Assembly (NCBI GenBank): GCA_037447605.1
Contig: CM074813.1
Coordinates: 1,612,001 to 1,676,000, forward strand
Source: Zygnema circumcarinatum SAG 698-1b
Taxonomy: Eukaryota > Plantae > Zygnematophyceae
Direction of reading: 5' to 3'
DNA length: 64,000 nucleotides
This document shows positions 1 through 27,438 of this stretch, one piece after another; position 1 is the stretch's first letter; each line of letters begins with the position of its first letter. Below the pieces are notes generated by a model. It was not told the origin of the DNA, did no database searches, and was given only the letters and a program-made list of their open reading frames with translations. The position numbers were made by a program, and so were the translations under genes.

Positions 1-1
1 T

Positions 2-3309
<3,308 letters not shown>

Positions 3310-3452
3310 GGCCAGGGACTATGGGTTGTACGGTAACCTTTAAATCTGTACGGTAGCCTTTCAAGCTGTACAATCCGTAGAATTTTCCGTACAGTAACCT
3401 TTAAAGTTGTACGAGAAGTACACAATCACTGTACGAATAACCGATTTCATGG

Positions 3453-4480
3453 TTGAAATCCGTACAATCGGACATGAGGTCCTTTAAAGGGAAGTCCTTT
3501 AAAGATGAAATAGAAGAAGTTGAGAAAGAAGTAGGACTCAGTCTATCAAGTGGTATTAGAGCAGGAGACGATGATATGGAGGAGTATTCAGTTACTTTGT
3601 TTGATGGAACAAATTATCTTTCTTGGAGTCAGCACATGGAGGCAGTGCTTGAAGCAAAGGAGTTGATGGAGTTGGTGGATGGCACAGAAGCCACACCAGA
3701 GAAAGAGAAGGAGCCCAAGCAATTCGCAAACTGGAGAAAGAGAAATGGTAAAGCAAAGGCTTTAATCCTCACTTCGATGAAATCCTCACATGGCATAGCA
3801 CTTAGAGGACTGACTGCAACAGAAATGTGGACCAAGTTACAAAATATTTACTCATCAAAAAATTCAGCACAGGGGATGGATATTTACTCATCAAAAAATT
3901 CAGCACAGGGGATGGATATTTACTCATCAAAAAACTCAGCACAGTGGATGGTTGCTTTTACGGAGTTCACATCTATTAAGATGGGGGAGACAGAAATCCT
4001 AGATAATTACAACATCAGATTTGATAGTGTTTTGAAGACATTAATTGAAACCGGTAGAACTATCTTAGAGAATGATCAAGTCTATATATATCTGCAGAGT
4101 CTGTCTTCTAAATATGAGATAATCGCTGATAATCTCACCAATTATCTGCATCAATCAGGAATGAAATTAGAGGATGCAAAGGCCAAAATTAAAGATTTTG
4201 ATTGCAAGTTGAGAAGGATAGGAAAGGAGGCCAAAGCGAAGTCAGATACAGCGTTTATTGTGACAAGTAGGAGAAATTTTTGAAGCCAAGGTGGAGGACA
4301 ATCAAGCAAAGGAGGTTACGTAAATAGAGGAGGCTCTTCAATCAAGAGGTGGATACATGAGTGGAAGAGGATACGAAACTAGAGGTGGATACAATAGCAG
4401 AGTTGGATTTAGAGGCAGAGGTGGAAGTTTTCCAAGCAACAGAGGAAGAGGAGTAGGATTCAAGGAGTAGGATACGCATA
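3453..4480 (+). mobile_element. Ty1/copia gag relic (UBN2/DUF4219-like) with premature stop and RGG-rich tail; no pol or LTR seen
   Basis: FDGTNYLSWSQHMEAVLEAKELMELVDG...WRKRNGKAKALI...ATEMWTKLQNIY...YLQSLSSKY is typical copia gag. TGA at 4281-4283 is followed by a Gly/Arg-rich stretch. No zinc knuckle, protease or RT follows. Confidence 0.85.
3844..3951 (+). repeat. 36-bp in-frame tandem repeat x3 inside gag (IYSSKNSAQGMD)
   Basis: atatttactcatcaaaaaattcagcacaggggatgg occurs twice exactly, plus a third copy with 2 substitutions. Confidence 0.95.
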
Positions 4481-5350
4481 AAGACCTCCTAGATGGAGTG
4501 ATTGAAATGTGTTGTTCTCTCGACATGATGAGTATCAAGTTTGCTGAAGCCGCCGTGCAGAGTTCCAATTGCAGTAAATACAGGAACAGTCTGCTTATTG
4601 GTTTTGGTATTGCCTGTAACTGCAAGAGTTAATTTCGTTTCTGTCATAGATCACAGCAGTCATGTTGTCTGCCACTCCTCTGCGTTCCCCTTATACAAGC
4701 CCCCTCGTCTGAGGCCTTGAGGCCATGCTAGACTGTTGTCGTTAAACGGAAAGATCATGATGCCATTCAGAGATGTGGGCTTTTAGGGTGAACCCTCGAC
4801 AGTAAGGAGGGCTCAACCCTTTTTTATAGCACTCTGGCACTATTTTCTACCTTCTATTTGCCAAGCAAAGGTTTCAGTTTTTCTGAGTGACACGGGGTTT
4901 CTTACCACACGAAGTGAATTGCGTTCAACATAGAGAAATCTACACGAGAGATGTGAAGGCAATTGTAACAATCACCTTCCGCCCAAGTTTGTTTTGATTG
5001 ACTCTTGACCTCTTCCATTCTTTCTAAATTTTGTTTGGGCTGAATTCATCCCAGAGTGGATTCATAGCTTCTTTCATGCCTAAGTTATGGAGTGTGAATA
5101 TTTTTTAACAGATCTCTCCTCCTTTATTGAAACTGCTGAATGTGACATTAAACCTCGCAGGCAGGCCAATCGAAGCTCCCTCAAATCCACGTGTCAAACC
5201 AGCATCTCCTTGCAAACTTGCTCCGCAGTCTTCATAAATTTGAACATATTCACCATTTAAAAAAATAAAAATTGAACATAAACACACAGAATGCGCACTC
5301 TCCTGGTCATTTAGTTCCATCCATTTCCATCTGAACTCCTTTCTGTCCCT

Positions 5351-8300
5351 CTATGTTCCTCTCCTGCTGCCTCCTCCCCCTCTCAGAGACAGTGTGCTTC
5401 CAGCCGCAACCAAAGCCCTCCTTTCCTCTCTCCCACTCACGGCCTGCATAGAAACACTCAGAACAGCTTCAAGAGTTTCTTGGCTTCCCCCTGCACTGGA
5501 TATGCCTTCCCTGAAGAGAGTGCTCAGCAGGGCCCGATCAGCTACATGCTCTTCGACTCCGTTACTTTCACAAAGTTCAAGAAAATGTGAAGCTATGTTA
5601 CTAAAGACGCTCATCTTGCAGAGACTCTGCATGCTGTTATACTTCTGAAGAGCCCCCCCCCAATGCAGTGGCTGTGCCTGCATTGGCTCCTTCTCAGATG
5701 AAGTCTGCGGCTGAGTCTCCTCCGTTAAACGTCTCCCACCCTCTCCTCTCGCTCCTACACTCCCGCTAGAAATGGGGACTTCTTCACTCTCCCACTCACA
5801 CACAGCAGCCGGCAAGCTTAAAGGGTGAATCTTCCCTTCAGAGATGGCGGGAGAGTCTTCCGCAGCTGAGTCATGGATACCAGGAGGCAGAGTCTTTTTT
5901 CCAGAGCTCTCCTCTCTCTCACCCACGCCCTCTCTCTCCCTACCAATAGCAGATGAGATGGCCAAAGGAACATCTCTGCATTCAAAGTCAAGTGCGCCAT
6001 AAGGTGAAGCCAACTCTTGCTCTCCCTCTGCTGCCGTTGTCTTCTCTCTGCCTTGATCCTCGGTAATTTGCGCCGGAGACGATGAAGCAGGCAAAGCAAT
6101 TAAACCTAAAGCTACTGTTCCTTCATTACCTCTGCTCCCATAAATCTCCTGCGCAAGCTCAATCGCTTCTTCACCGTTTTGTTTGAGTGCGGGAAACTCC
6201 CATATGGCATCCTTTCCTGCTTGACCATGTAATCTTGTCAATCCTCGGTCCTTCTCGTCGATGTAAGCATCACGAACCTCTGCAGGTCTTTCTCCTACAC
6301 TCGTGACATCTGGAAGCTTCCTGACTGCCTTATCTCTTTCACTTACTTCTTCGATATCTCTCCTCTTTGTGGAAAAGGCTTTACCGCTGCCTCTAGTACG
6401 CCTTTTACCAGGAATCGACCTCCGAGCTCTTTCCTCTGACTCACGACTCTCCCTAATATTCACACTGTTTTTTGTTGGCTTTGAACCCCGACGTGTCTTC
6501 TTTACGTTCGGAAGATGCTCCTGCCCCTCCTCTGCCATCTCATCTCCAATGGCAGTTCCGCCCACGATCGCTCCCTCTCTCACTCCTTGAGTTTGTTCAT
6601 TCTGTGAGAGAAGAACCATTTCGAGCCCATTTGACGTCGACACAAGTGGAAGGGCATTTCTCCATCCTCTTCCTCGCTTTCTCTCAGTGCGAACTTTTCC
6701 TTCACCTTCACTCTCATTCTGACGTGTAGCACCCGTATTCTGAGCATTTTTACTGTCAGCGTTCTTTCGGTTGCCTCCCCGCCTTCTCCTTTTAGCAGGT
6801 TGCCCATCCATTGCCTTGATTTCAGCCTCCATCTTGGCCATTTCAAGAACTAATTCCCTCTCTCTTCTTTCGGCGGCTCTCTGACTTTTCCTCAACCCCC
6901 CAAACAAAGGAAAAGGTTCAGCTGATTGTTTCTCCCCTTCTTTCACTCCTTCCTTCTCATTACGATGTTTGATAGGACCTCCACCTTTACCAACGCCTCC
7001 TCTACCTCCACTGCGGCCTGTCCCCCTCGTCCTTCTCCCATATACCGTAGTTGGTAAATCTCCTTCCTCCTCACACGGGTTAAGCGTATGCTCCAATGGC
7101 GATGGACTCTCTGCAGAATTGCCTTCGTAGCACACTATAGCTGTAGAGGAGATCATCTGTGTCCTGCCTCCATCCCCACTCTCTTCTTTTCCTTCTTCAA
7201 ATTCAGCCTTTCCATCATAAACCTGTGGAAATCTTTGAAGGGATCGCTCCATTTTTCCTTCGTCTCCTCCCGGCCTCTCCTTCTCCTCTTGCCTATCCGC
7301 GTCTAAGTGTGCTGAAGCTTTACTATCATCTAAAGGCAATTTCTTACTGCTCAAATCTTCTACAATATCGTCTGGCACCCACGCTAACCGTAAAACTGAA
7401 CTTTCCTCTATTTTAGCATCAGAAACAGTAGTATCGCCTTTCTCATCCACTCCAGTTCTCTTCTTTCCCTCCCCTTCTACCTTTCTAAAGATTTCAGCCA
7501 AAGATGTTTTGACATGATCTCGTACTGCAACCTCTCCTCTTCCAAACGCTCCTAACTCCCCCTGCTGGCTCTCAGGTGTATTAGGCACTGCTTCATCGTC
7601 ATTCTCTCTACCTGCTCTCTCAGTTGTTTCTCCACCATTCCTTTGCTGACTTAAAGCATTGCCCTGTTCGTACTCCCTGGACTGCACAGACGGTTGAGCC
7701 TTCTCCAAGCCACGTGCTTCCCTGCTCCCATTTCCTTCATGCATCTTAACCATCCAACCTTCCTGCTTAGTTTCCTCGGCACCAAGGTCCAAGAGGTGAG
7801 AGACTCTCCTCTTCTTCTTTGGTGTGGTTGCTGGAACAAACTCTTCAGGGACATCTTGGCTCCCATAATACTCCTCCGCAAATGCATATCCCGTTGCACC
7901 CGACATAGTTGTAGGAGGAACGATATTCTTTATGGCTTCAAAGGCGCTCGTTCCTCCAAAAAGACGGACCTCACCAAAAGACTCTTGACTCTCACCGAAG
8001 TCAGCAGCCCTGAAATCTTCCTTGAGTCTGTTCATGACTCCGTTGTGCATCCCCCCCTCACTACCTTTCTTCTCACTATTTTCAGTGACATCATTCCGCA
8101 AGCCGTCTCTGTACCGTGCAAACATCGAAATGTCATTGCATTCAACTGTCACTTCAGCCATTTTCAGAGATTCACGATTTTCAACCATTCTCTCGCGAGT
8201 TGTACTCCTGGTCTTCTCTTGAGTAGCTTCCAAGACATCGTTCGCCTTACTTTCGCTTCCAATAAGACCAGCTTGAAACTCGACCGTATTGGATTTCGTA

Positions 8301-11300
8301 GGAGGAGCTCTGCTTTCTGTTCGACCTGCAGACTCATGCGTACTGCTCGTTGTCACTCCAACTTTAGTTCTCCCTCCACACTGCAATTGCAATATCCTTG
8401 CACCCTGACTACTTCCTATTCTTATACCTTCCAACAAAAGTGCTTCGGATCGTATCCTACTATCTGCTCTGCCATCCAGACCCTTGCCAGAAAGTTTGCT
8501 CCTTTTTATCCCACTGTCACCTGACGTTCTAGCCCCACTATCTGACGATCCCAACCCACTCCAACTTCCGAAAATCGTTTCCTTCCTCTTCAATCTCCCT
8601 TCTGTTGCCACCTTGCTGACTGAAGAGCTTCTAATCTGCATAGTTTTTGACATTTTCCCGTGATTTGGGGGCTTCGGCAGAGCTGGCCAAATGCCTTTCC
8701 TCACCTCCAGTCTCGCAGTGCCTTGTCCTGCTCTCGATGTGAGCATGCGCCGCTCGTCCCGAATGTGCTTAGCGTTGGCCGGTCCGTCCGCAGGACGAGA
8801 AGTCGCACTATCGGCAACAAGTCGCTTGGACGAGCCTGATTTGGACAAAGAGATGCTTGCCTGAATGTCACTCGGACCTGCTTCTGGAGTCCACCTTTGG
8901 CAAACTGCAGCCATGATCCGTGGAATGTGCTTGTACCTGAAAATTAGATACACACCGAGAAGTGGAATCAGCCGTGGTAAGGACAGAATTGGTCCTTATA
9001 CCTTGGTCCGAAACCTTTTCTTTCTAGCTCTTCAAGGGGTTAAGAAGGATGTGTCGCTCAGAAAGGTATGAAAGTCTATTGGCCTTCCTGTGAAGGTCAC
9101 GTCTCTTCATAAAAAGAGGAAGCTGCAGGAGCTAATAATGATCATGGGTTCTGTGCATTTCAGTCGTGCAAGCAATAAAGCATATTAACAAATAACCTGA
9201 CTTTTCGTTAGAGAGTGGCATCAGGCTCGACATCTGCCTGAGTAATGAAGCTCACCTTTACCATTTACAAAGAATAACTGATTTCCCAATTAGAGTGACT
9301 TTTCTTGGCAAACTATACGAGTATCAGTCAAGCATGATCAATGAATTTCACTCACCCAGAAGCAAAATGCGCTTCAAACCATTCGTTTAAGTTAGCGCCC
9401 ATTCCTCCCGGTATTTCTAGTTGAATCTCCTCCAGGAGTTCGTGCATTGCCTCGATTATCTCGAAGCAGCGAGGAGGAATTGGAACTTTCCCCTCGTGGG
9501 CAGACAGGCACTCAAGGCCGAATGCAATCTGCAGCTCCACTCTGTTCATGTTTGTCAAGGAAATAGACACATTCTAGCATTCCGTTGGGCCATATTTTAA
9601 CAAAAAATATGATCCTGCAGAGGTGCATTCTCGAAACGCATGCTCTAACAAACTGACAACTATATAAAATAATAACGAGTATCTTCGAGAGTAGAACAAG
9701 TTCGTGTTAACAGCGTCCAAGTACTGACAGTTGCTGAGACGAAATAAAGCTGAGCACGCATGCATGATTTCAATCAGAGTGAAATGCCGACGCTTATGCG
9801 GATGAGTTCCAAAAACGTCTATTGAAAGACCAAAAAACTATAAAATGATCGGGCAAGAGCAGGTGACATAGAAGCTCTAACTGCCCACAATTCCACAAGA
9901 AAGAAGGATACTGTTTCACTTTGGCGTCTTTCTCCTCCTGCGTCAAACCCTTCCCAGCTGCCTCCAAGCCATAATACTTTTCAACGAACGCGTCCCGAGC
10001 GTCTAGCGTATAAAGGGTTAAGAAGTGCTTCTCCAGCTCCAATTCAACACTCTCCGCCCGAGTTGCACGCTTGCAGAATTGTCCTTCCTTTGCAGCTCTT
10101 TCAACCACGTCATCCAGCACTTTACACATAAGTTTCTCCCTTGACTGCATCTCCACTCGGCCACCAGAGTGAACCGACAAGGCCAAATCCTCATCTCCTT
10201 CTGTCAAACTACGATCTCCGCTTAAGCTTGCAAACGAATCTGGTGAAACTTGCAGCACTAGCAATGCAGTTCTGGCCTGTTGAACAAGCACCCGTGCAAA
10301 ATCGACCACAGCCATAGCTGCATCGCTTGATGCAGTCAGGTGTTTCTGAACAGTCTCTGGAATGGAGCGAAGGAAAAGCCCCGCCTCACGACTGTCCATG
10401 GGAGGAAATTGCAGAAATGACCGACAGTTTGGCGCCCTTTCAACAACCCCTGCCAGTCTTTTGGAGGCATTGACAGAGGAAGCCTGTACAGGTCTGATAC
10501 ATATATCTCTTGTTCGGGCCTCGAGTTGCTTTTCAAATTTGGCCATAAGACCATCGCTCTCCACCTTGGTCTTCGAAAACCCATCAAATGGGCACCTGCT
10601 CTCTTCCCCATCCAAGATGCTGGTAGATACGAGCTCAGATTTACTGTATCCCACCAACTCCTCCCCTCCATCTCGCTTCGGAACTGCAAGTATCATCCCC
10701 TTGCACGGCTGTAACGATATCACTCTCTCCTTCGGATGGTGCAAGGAGCTGTCACTTTTTGCTGCATCTCTACTATCTATGTTGAGCCAAGGGAGGGCTC
10801 GACCAGAGCCCAAACTATCTCTGCCTTTCAGACCTGTCGCTAAGGGCAGAATCAAGTTCGGTTCATCAGGAAGAAGCAAAAGAATCCCAATCTGTTTAGT
10901 GACCGGTAACAGAACTGCCGTGCAATTTTTCGCCATTTCCCGCGCCAACTTCACCACAGCCACAAGCTCATTCGCCTGCAATATCTCTAAAACTGTCAAA
11001 AAAAAGAATCTGTTCTCCTCCGATAGCGATCGGCGTTCCTTTCCAGAATCCTCCGTTGGGTCTCTCTCCTTACAATGTTTACTGTTAACATTTCTCCTTG
11101 AGGGAGATTTTACTGAACTGTCCTGCAATGCCTGAAAGTCCGCCCCATTCCCAGAGCTGCTTCTTTCTGAAACTGACAGCCGCTTCTGCACTTCGAATTG
11201 CGTCCCTTTCAATCGAGAGGCCTGGACCAAAAGTGCCTCTCCCGAGTCCTTATAAAAATTTCTCACTGCTTCGAGATTCAGTACGTCTGATACTTCTACC

Positions 11301-12394
11301 TTTGCTCGATGTCTCCTCGTATGTCCTGAAGCAATGTGGCTTGACCCCAGGTCCGCCGACTCGTCAACAGTTTCCGTTTCACCGGTCAATTTCTGCTCAT
11401 TTCTTAAAAGCATCACCGGATGGAGATCAATGGAACATACTTGTGAAGATCTCGAACTGGTCTTCACCATAAACTCTGACTTGACAGCAGACTTCTCCAA
11501 GGAGCGCCATAGATCGAACGAAGAGAAGCCTCCAGGGCTTAATCTAGGAAGAGGTGGTGCTTTAAAGCCCCAACCTTGTCGAAGAATGGAATTTCCCACA
11601 AAGTTTCCACCAGTATGCTCCTGGGATCCTATCTGTACACCTCGCGTTTCTTCTTCGTTGACGGTACCGAAATCAACCCACCTCACTTGCACCCCATGTT
11701 CCTTAAATTCTGCAGCCCTTCTTTCCAAATCTTTGATCCAACTTGCCTCCTCTTCGAGATCCTTCTCCTGATGCTTCACTGTCTGCTGCTCCTGCTGTTC
11801 TCCATGCTGAGGTGAGGTTGTCTTTGCTATCCCTTGCAAGCCTATTGAAGCAGTTGTAAACACAAGAAAATAGTTGAGTAGCTCAGCATTCAGCCCAAGA
11901 TCCGTAACTTTTTCTGCAGACAGCCCTTTACTGAACTTCAAATCTGTGCAATTCTGTTGCCAAACATACTGTGCGAGTCCTGGCGTATCCATAGCTCTCC
12001 ACACGCTCTCACTCCACTTACTCCACTCACACTGTGTTCCCCTTCCAACTTCCTTCCCTTCCCCCTGAACTGCATGCATCCCCACAAGAGTATCCAATTC
12101 TCTGCAAAACTCTGCAAAATTGAGCTGTCTTAAGCGAGCATTGTTGTTTTTGCAAGACGATTCTTCTCCTGCTGCATCTTGAAGACGGTTCTGAAGCTCC
12201 TGCAAGCGCTTCACTTCGTCGCTGCGAGTTTTGCTTGAATCGAACCATAGATGAGACCACCGAAGGGCGGGCGATTCGTCAGTATGCAGAAGGAAGAGTG
12301 TGCTCAAGTACTCTTTAATCCATTCCGCGGAACTGTGATTAAGGCTTTTCGGATTCACATCCACTGCTGAGATTGCATGCCGAATGAGCGACAT
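5351..12394 (-). CDS. TICRR: Probable Treslin/TICRR (Sld3-like replication initiation factor), about 2080 aa
   Basis: Coding exons 12394-9912, 9541-9356 and 8936-5351 join in frame (CA|A, GG|G). The N-terminus (AVDVNP...RWSHLWFDSS...LNFAEFCREL) resembles the Treslin N domain. The spliced KVKQVELQIAFGLECL...LLEEIQLEIPGG...WFEAHFASGYKHIPRIM resembles the Sld3/Treslin domain. A long disordered C-terminus carries TP sites (VPATTPKKK, VPNTPES). Confidence 0.72.
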
Positions 12395-12788
12395 CTTAAC
12401 TCAGCAATGTGTGTGTCTCTGGTTTCGCATCACTCGGTAACCTGCAGTGAAGAAAATAAAGAATTAAAATCCATTCATCTCCTCGTCCCTCTCCCTCCCT
12501 CACTCTCTGTCTCCCCCTCACTCTCCCCACTCTCTCTTCCTCCACTCTTCCCTCTCTTGCTCTTACTCTTCCTCATTCTCTTTAGCGAAACGAAAAGATA
12601 AAGCAACGTGCTCATGAATGCGGAAAATCTCTGCTGGTGAAGACAAGAGCGCGGTTTATAGAAGTGCATACTTCTCCTTTCGGACTACAGGATTTTTCTA
12701 TGATGTATATTCCAATTTTTTATTTAAATTGGATAATTACAAGCAAGATAAGCCTGCTGCAATGGAAGCGAATCGAAAATGGAGAAAA

Positions 12789-12853
12789 GAGAGTGAGAGA
12801 GTGAGAGAGTGAGAGAGTGAGAGAGTGAGAGAGTGAGAGAGAGAGCGAGAGAG
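12789..12853. repeat. (GAGAGTGA)n microsatellite in the putative 5'UTR intron of the Treslin-like gene
   Basis: Tandem 8-mer grading into (GA)n. Confidence 0.9.
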
Positions 12854-13468
12854 AAGTGGTTTCTGGCAGGACCAATGAGAAAGCAAATACAGCAAACTTA
12901 CTTTTACCTTTTACGCAGTTTCATTGTGCCTTTGCAAATAAAATAATTAAGAGATTAATTATACATTGTTGTAATTATTAGTTATTATTATTATAAATTT
13001 CAACTATTTCTGCTTGTGAATAAGAGAATTGATCCATTAAACCGCATCTCCATCAATCATCAGAAACATGCCACGTGTCGCCGTCGTTCGAAAAAAAAAA
13101 AAAATGATGAATCGTTTTCAGAGAAAACTTACCATACCTTGATTACTGTATGGTTGTTCCCGTGTGGCCCGCCAGTCTAGGTTGCGGAGAAGACAGCGAG
13201 AAATGCTAAATCCAGCTGAAAACAAAGAAGGAAGCGAAGCAGGATGAGTTGGGAGGAAGACAGATGCTGAAGTAGAGGCGGAGAAGGAGAATAACGAGGG
13301 CAAACGAGGGAGAAAGTATTGCAGAGAGCGCGGGGCAGAGAGGGAGAGAAGGAGACACAGAGAGAGAAAGATAGAAAATACAGAGAGAGAGTGAAAAGAG
13401 AAGAGAGAGAGAGAGAGAGAGGGAGGGCGAGAGGGAGTGAGAGTGAGGGAGAGAGAGAGGGGGAGAGA

Positions 13469-13655
13469 GCGGGAAAGGCAGGGTGAAGCTGCAGCGGAGG
13501 GCGGAGGGAGCTCCGTGAAGCAGAAGGCGCGCGCGCGCTTTTCAAATTTTTTGTGTGCGCGGGAAAACGGGGAGAGGGGGACGAAGTGCGCGCGAAGCGG
13601 GGATCCATGTGACGCTGTTCCGTGACGCGGCGGATCTTTGAGCGCTGATTGGCGG
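13469..13655. promoter_or_regulatory. Cluster of E2F-binding motifs upstream of the Treslin-like gene
   Basis: GCGGGAAA (reverse complement TTTCCCGC) at 13469-13476 and 13559-13566; ATTGGCGG at 13648-13655. All fit the plant E2F consensus WTTSSCSS. Confidence 0.6.
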
Positions 13656-14507
13656 ACAGCGAGGCCAACATGGAACATGGCGAGCGTTGAACGGCCATCA
13701 AGACAAGGAAATGTGACGGTTCAGGCATCACGCTTAACTGAACACATTACTTTCACATGTAATAGAACCATGTGGAACGTACGAGATCAAAGTCAATTCG
13801 TGCATTTGCCTTCATACATAGACAAAGCCGTTTTAAAGAAACAGAAAAAGATTCGTTCGGAAATGGTCTGTTTGAAGTCGGCAATCAAGTCAGCAACATC
13901 ATTTTGAGAGACAAAGGTACGCAGGGCGTCAAAAGCGTAACCTCTCCCCCACACACACTTCTTGTCTCCCAGCTCTCACACCCGCCCTCTCCCTCTTCCA
14001 CTCTCCTTTCTCACCTCTCTTCTTCCCTCTCTTCTTTTTCTCTCATGTTCCTCCCGCTCTCCCTACCTCGCAAAACTGAAGGCCATGGAACGCCATTTCC
14101 GAATCACAACAACGACCGGACCCCCAGAGAGCACTGATTTGCCCGTCGTTATTCTGATCAAGCATACAACGGTCCCATTTCCGCTCCAAATCTTTCACAT
14201 AGAAATCTCGCTCTCTTGGCTGCGGCCAGCAGCTCATTTCCTAACTACTTGCAAGAGCCCTCCCCTTTTCTACCAGCCTTCCTGCCTGTGAGAACACAAC
14301 CCCCCTCCACCCTCCCCTCCCCCCCCCAGAAAAAACGTCTTCTACAGATACCCTCTGCATGCATGCTTCTACAAAGAAGGCCCTCAACCAGGGACCCTCC
14401 TATCCTTTACATGGGACTGCCTGTCTGCCACTCATAGCCGCTCCCACCCTCTCTACCTTGTTAGACCCAATTCATTCCTCCTCGTGTTCCACACCCATTC
14501 GGGGTTT

Positions 14508-26115
<11,608 letters not shown>

Positions 26116-26216
26116 GGCGGCGCCCCCTCGCACCACCACAAGGGCCGCCTCTCGCTTCCTCCCCCTCCCTCTCGCCCTCCCTCTCTCCCTTGCTCCCTCC
26201 TGCGCTGCAGTGCGCG

Positions 26217-26226
26217 TTAGGGTTTC
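26217..26226. promoter_or_regulatory. Telo-box (AAACCCTAA on the PRP8 sense strand) about 100 bp upstream of the PRP8 ATG
   Basis: ttagggtttc at 26217-26226, with a second ttagggtt at about 26239. Telo-boxes are common near plant RNA-processing genes. Confidence 0.5.
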
Positions 26227-26341
26227 GCCCCTGCGCGATTAGGGTTGTTCCGCACGCGCAGCGCAGGCTACCGTACGGTACTGTCGGGCGGGCAGGCGCG
26301 AGGCGGAGTGGCCTGGGGGAGGGCCCGGAGGGGCCTACAGT

Positions 26342-26770
26342 TAGGGTTGGGGGCACGGGGGCACGGGCATGCCCGGGGGGGGGGGCATGCCCCCCATTTT
26401 TGACCGTCCGTGCCCGGGGCACGCCTCCAAAAATTTTCCCCATATATTTCGTGCCCCCCCGTGCCCCCTGTCACGTGACGCTTACCTCGTACGACCGGGC
26501 CCGGGCCGGTGACGATTGGTGTTGAGTACTGTCCGTACTTTTCATTTTTCCGTACATCTGTACCTTGATCCGTACGTTTAGTACATTCATCTGTACTTTC
26601 CGTACCTTAAACCGTACCGTTTTAAAATATTATATTCTTTTTGGGGCCGATTTGAATTGCTCAATGCAGTCACGTCACGGGGCACGAAAAAGGGGCATGC
26701 CCCCCCCCCAAGGGGGGGGGGGCACGTGCCCCTGGGCACGGGTCGGAGGGGGACCGTGCCCCCAACCCTA
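26342..26770. mobile_element. Non-autonomous hAT-type MITE (429 bp)
   Basis: Perfect 17-bp TIRs TAGGGTTGGGGGCACGG (26342-26358 and 26754-26770). 8-bp TSD CCTACAGT (26334-26341 and 26771-26778). Repeated GGGCAC subterminal motifs. Confidence 0.92.
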
Positions 26771-26831
26771 CCTACAGTACTCGCCCCCCTAATACAGTAA
26801 AGTACTTGCGTTACCCAAGAAATTCGCCATA

Positions 26832-27280
26832 CAGTCAACAGTCCTCATATTTTCGCCATGGTTTTGGCAAAAATGAGGCGAAAATATTGATTTTTGCAAA
26901 TAGAAGGTTCGTGTTACCAATAGACGGGCGGTATTGTTAGAGTTCATGTTAGAGTTCATGTTGAACCGTACGTATCGTACCGTACCATATCATACCGTAT
27001 CGTACCGTGTCGTTCAGTATCGTATCGTATCGGAGCCAAGAAAGAGAGAACGACGAGCGAGCGCCTCTTACGGCGGCAAGTGCGGGAAGATTCGGTGAGT
27101 ACGGCTAGTACGGCTAGTACGGTTTTTAGGGTTTCAGGGTTCTAGGGTTTTAGGGGTACGAATTGTACGGTTAGTACGGCTAACACAGAGTTACCGTACA
27201 AAAAGGTGGTTTCGGCAAAATCGGGGCGAATTTCTTGGGGACGCACTGTACAGGGTGGAAAATATGAGGACTGCTGACTG
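26832..27280. mobile_element. Non-autonomous Tc1/mariner-type MITE (449 bp) inserted at a TA within a related element end
   Basis: 23-bp TIRs CAGTCAACAGTCCTCATATTTTC match 22/23, with TA on both sides (26830-26831 and 27281-27282). Confidence 0.88.
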
Positions 27281-27438
27281 TAATTTTGACGAAACCTCTT
27301 TTAGTTGAATGTACAGTATTAGGGGGTGTTAACTTAACCTGACTTACAGTATTTTTCAATACAAAATATTTTAATCGAAACGGATTTCAAACATGGGTCA
27401 CGCTATTCCGCTGTACGTTATTACGGTTAAAATCTCTA

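Noticed and set aside
4783-4822. Hairpin resembling a Helitron 3' end or terminator
   Set aside because: No CTRR terminus follows, and intrinsic terminators do not apply to this eukaryotic locus.
13118-13731. 186-aa and 184-aa ORFs upstream of the Treslin-like gene
   Set aside because: They translate a CT/GA microsatellite in promoter or 5'UTR DNA, and an in-frame stop precedes the ATG at 12394.
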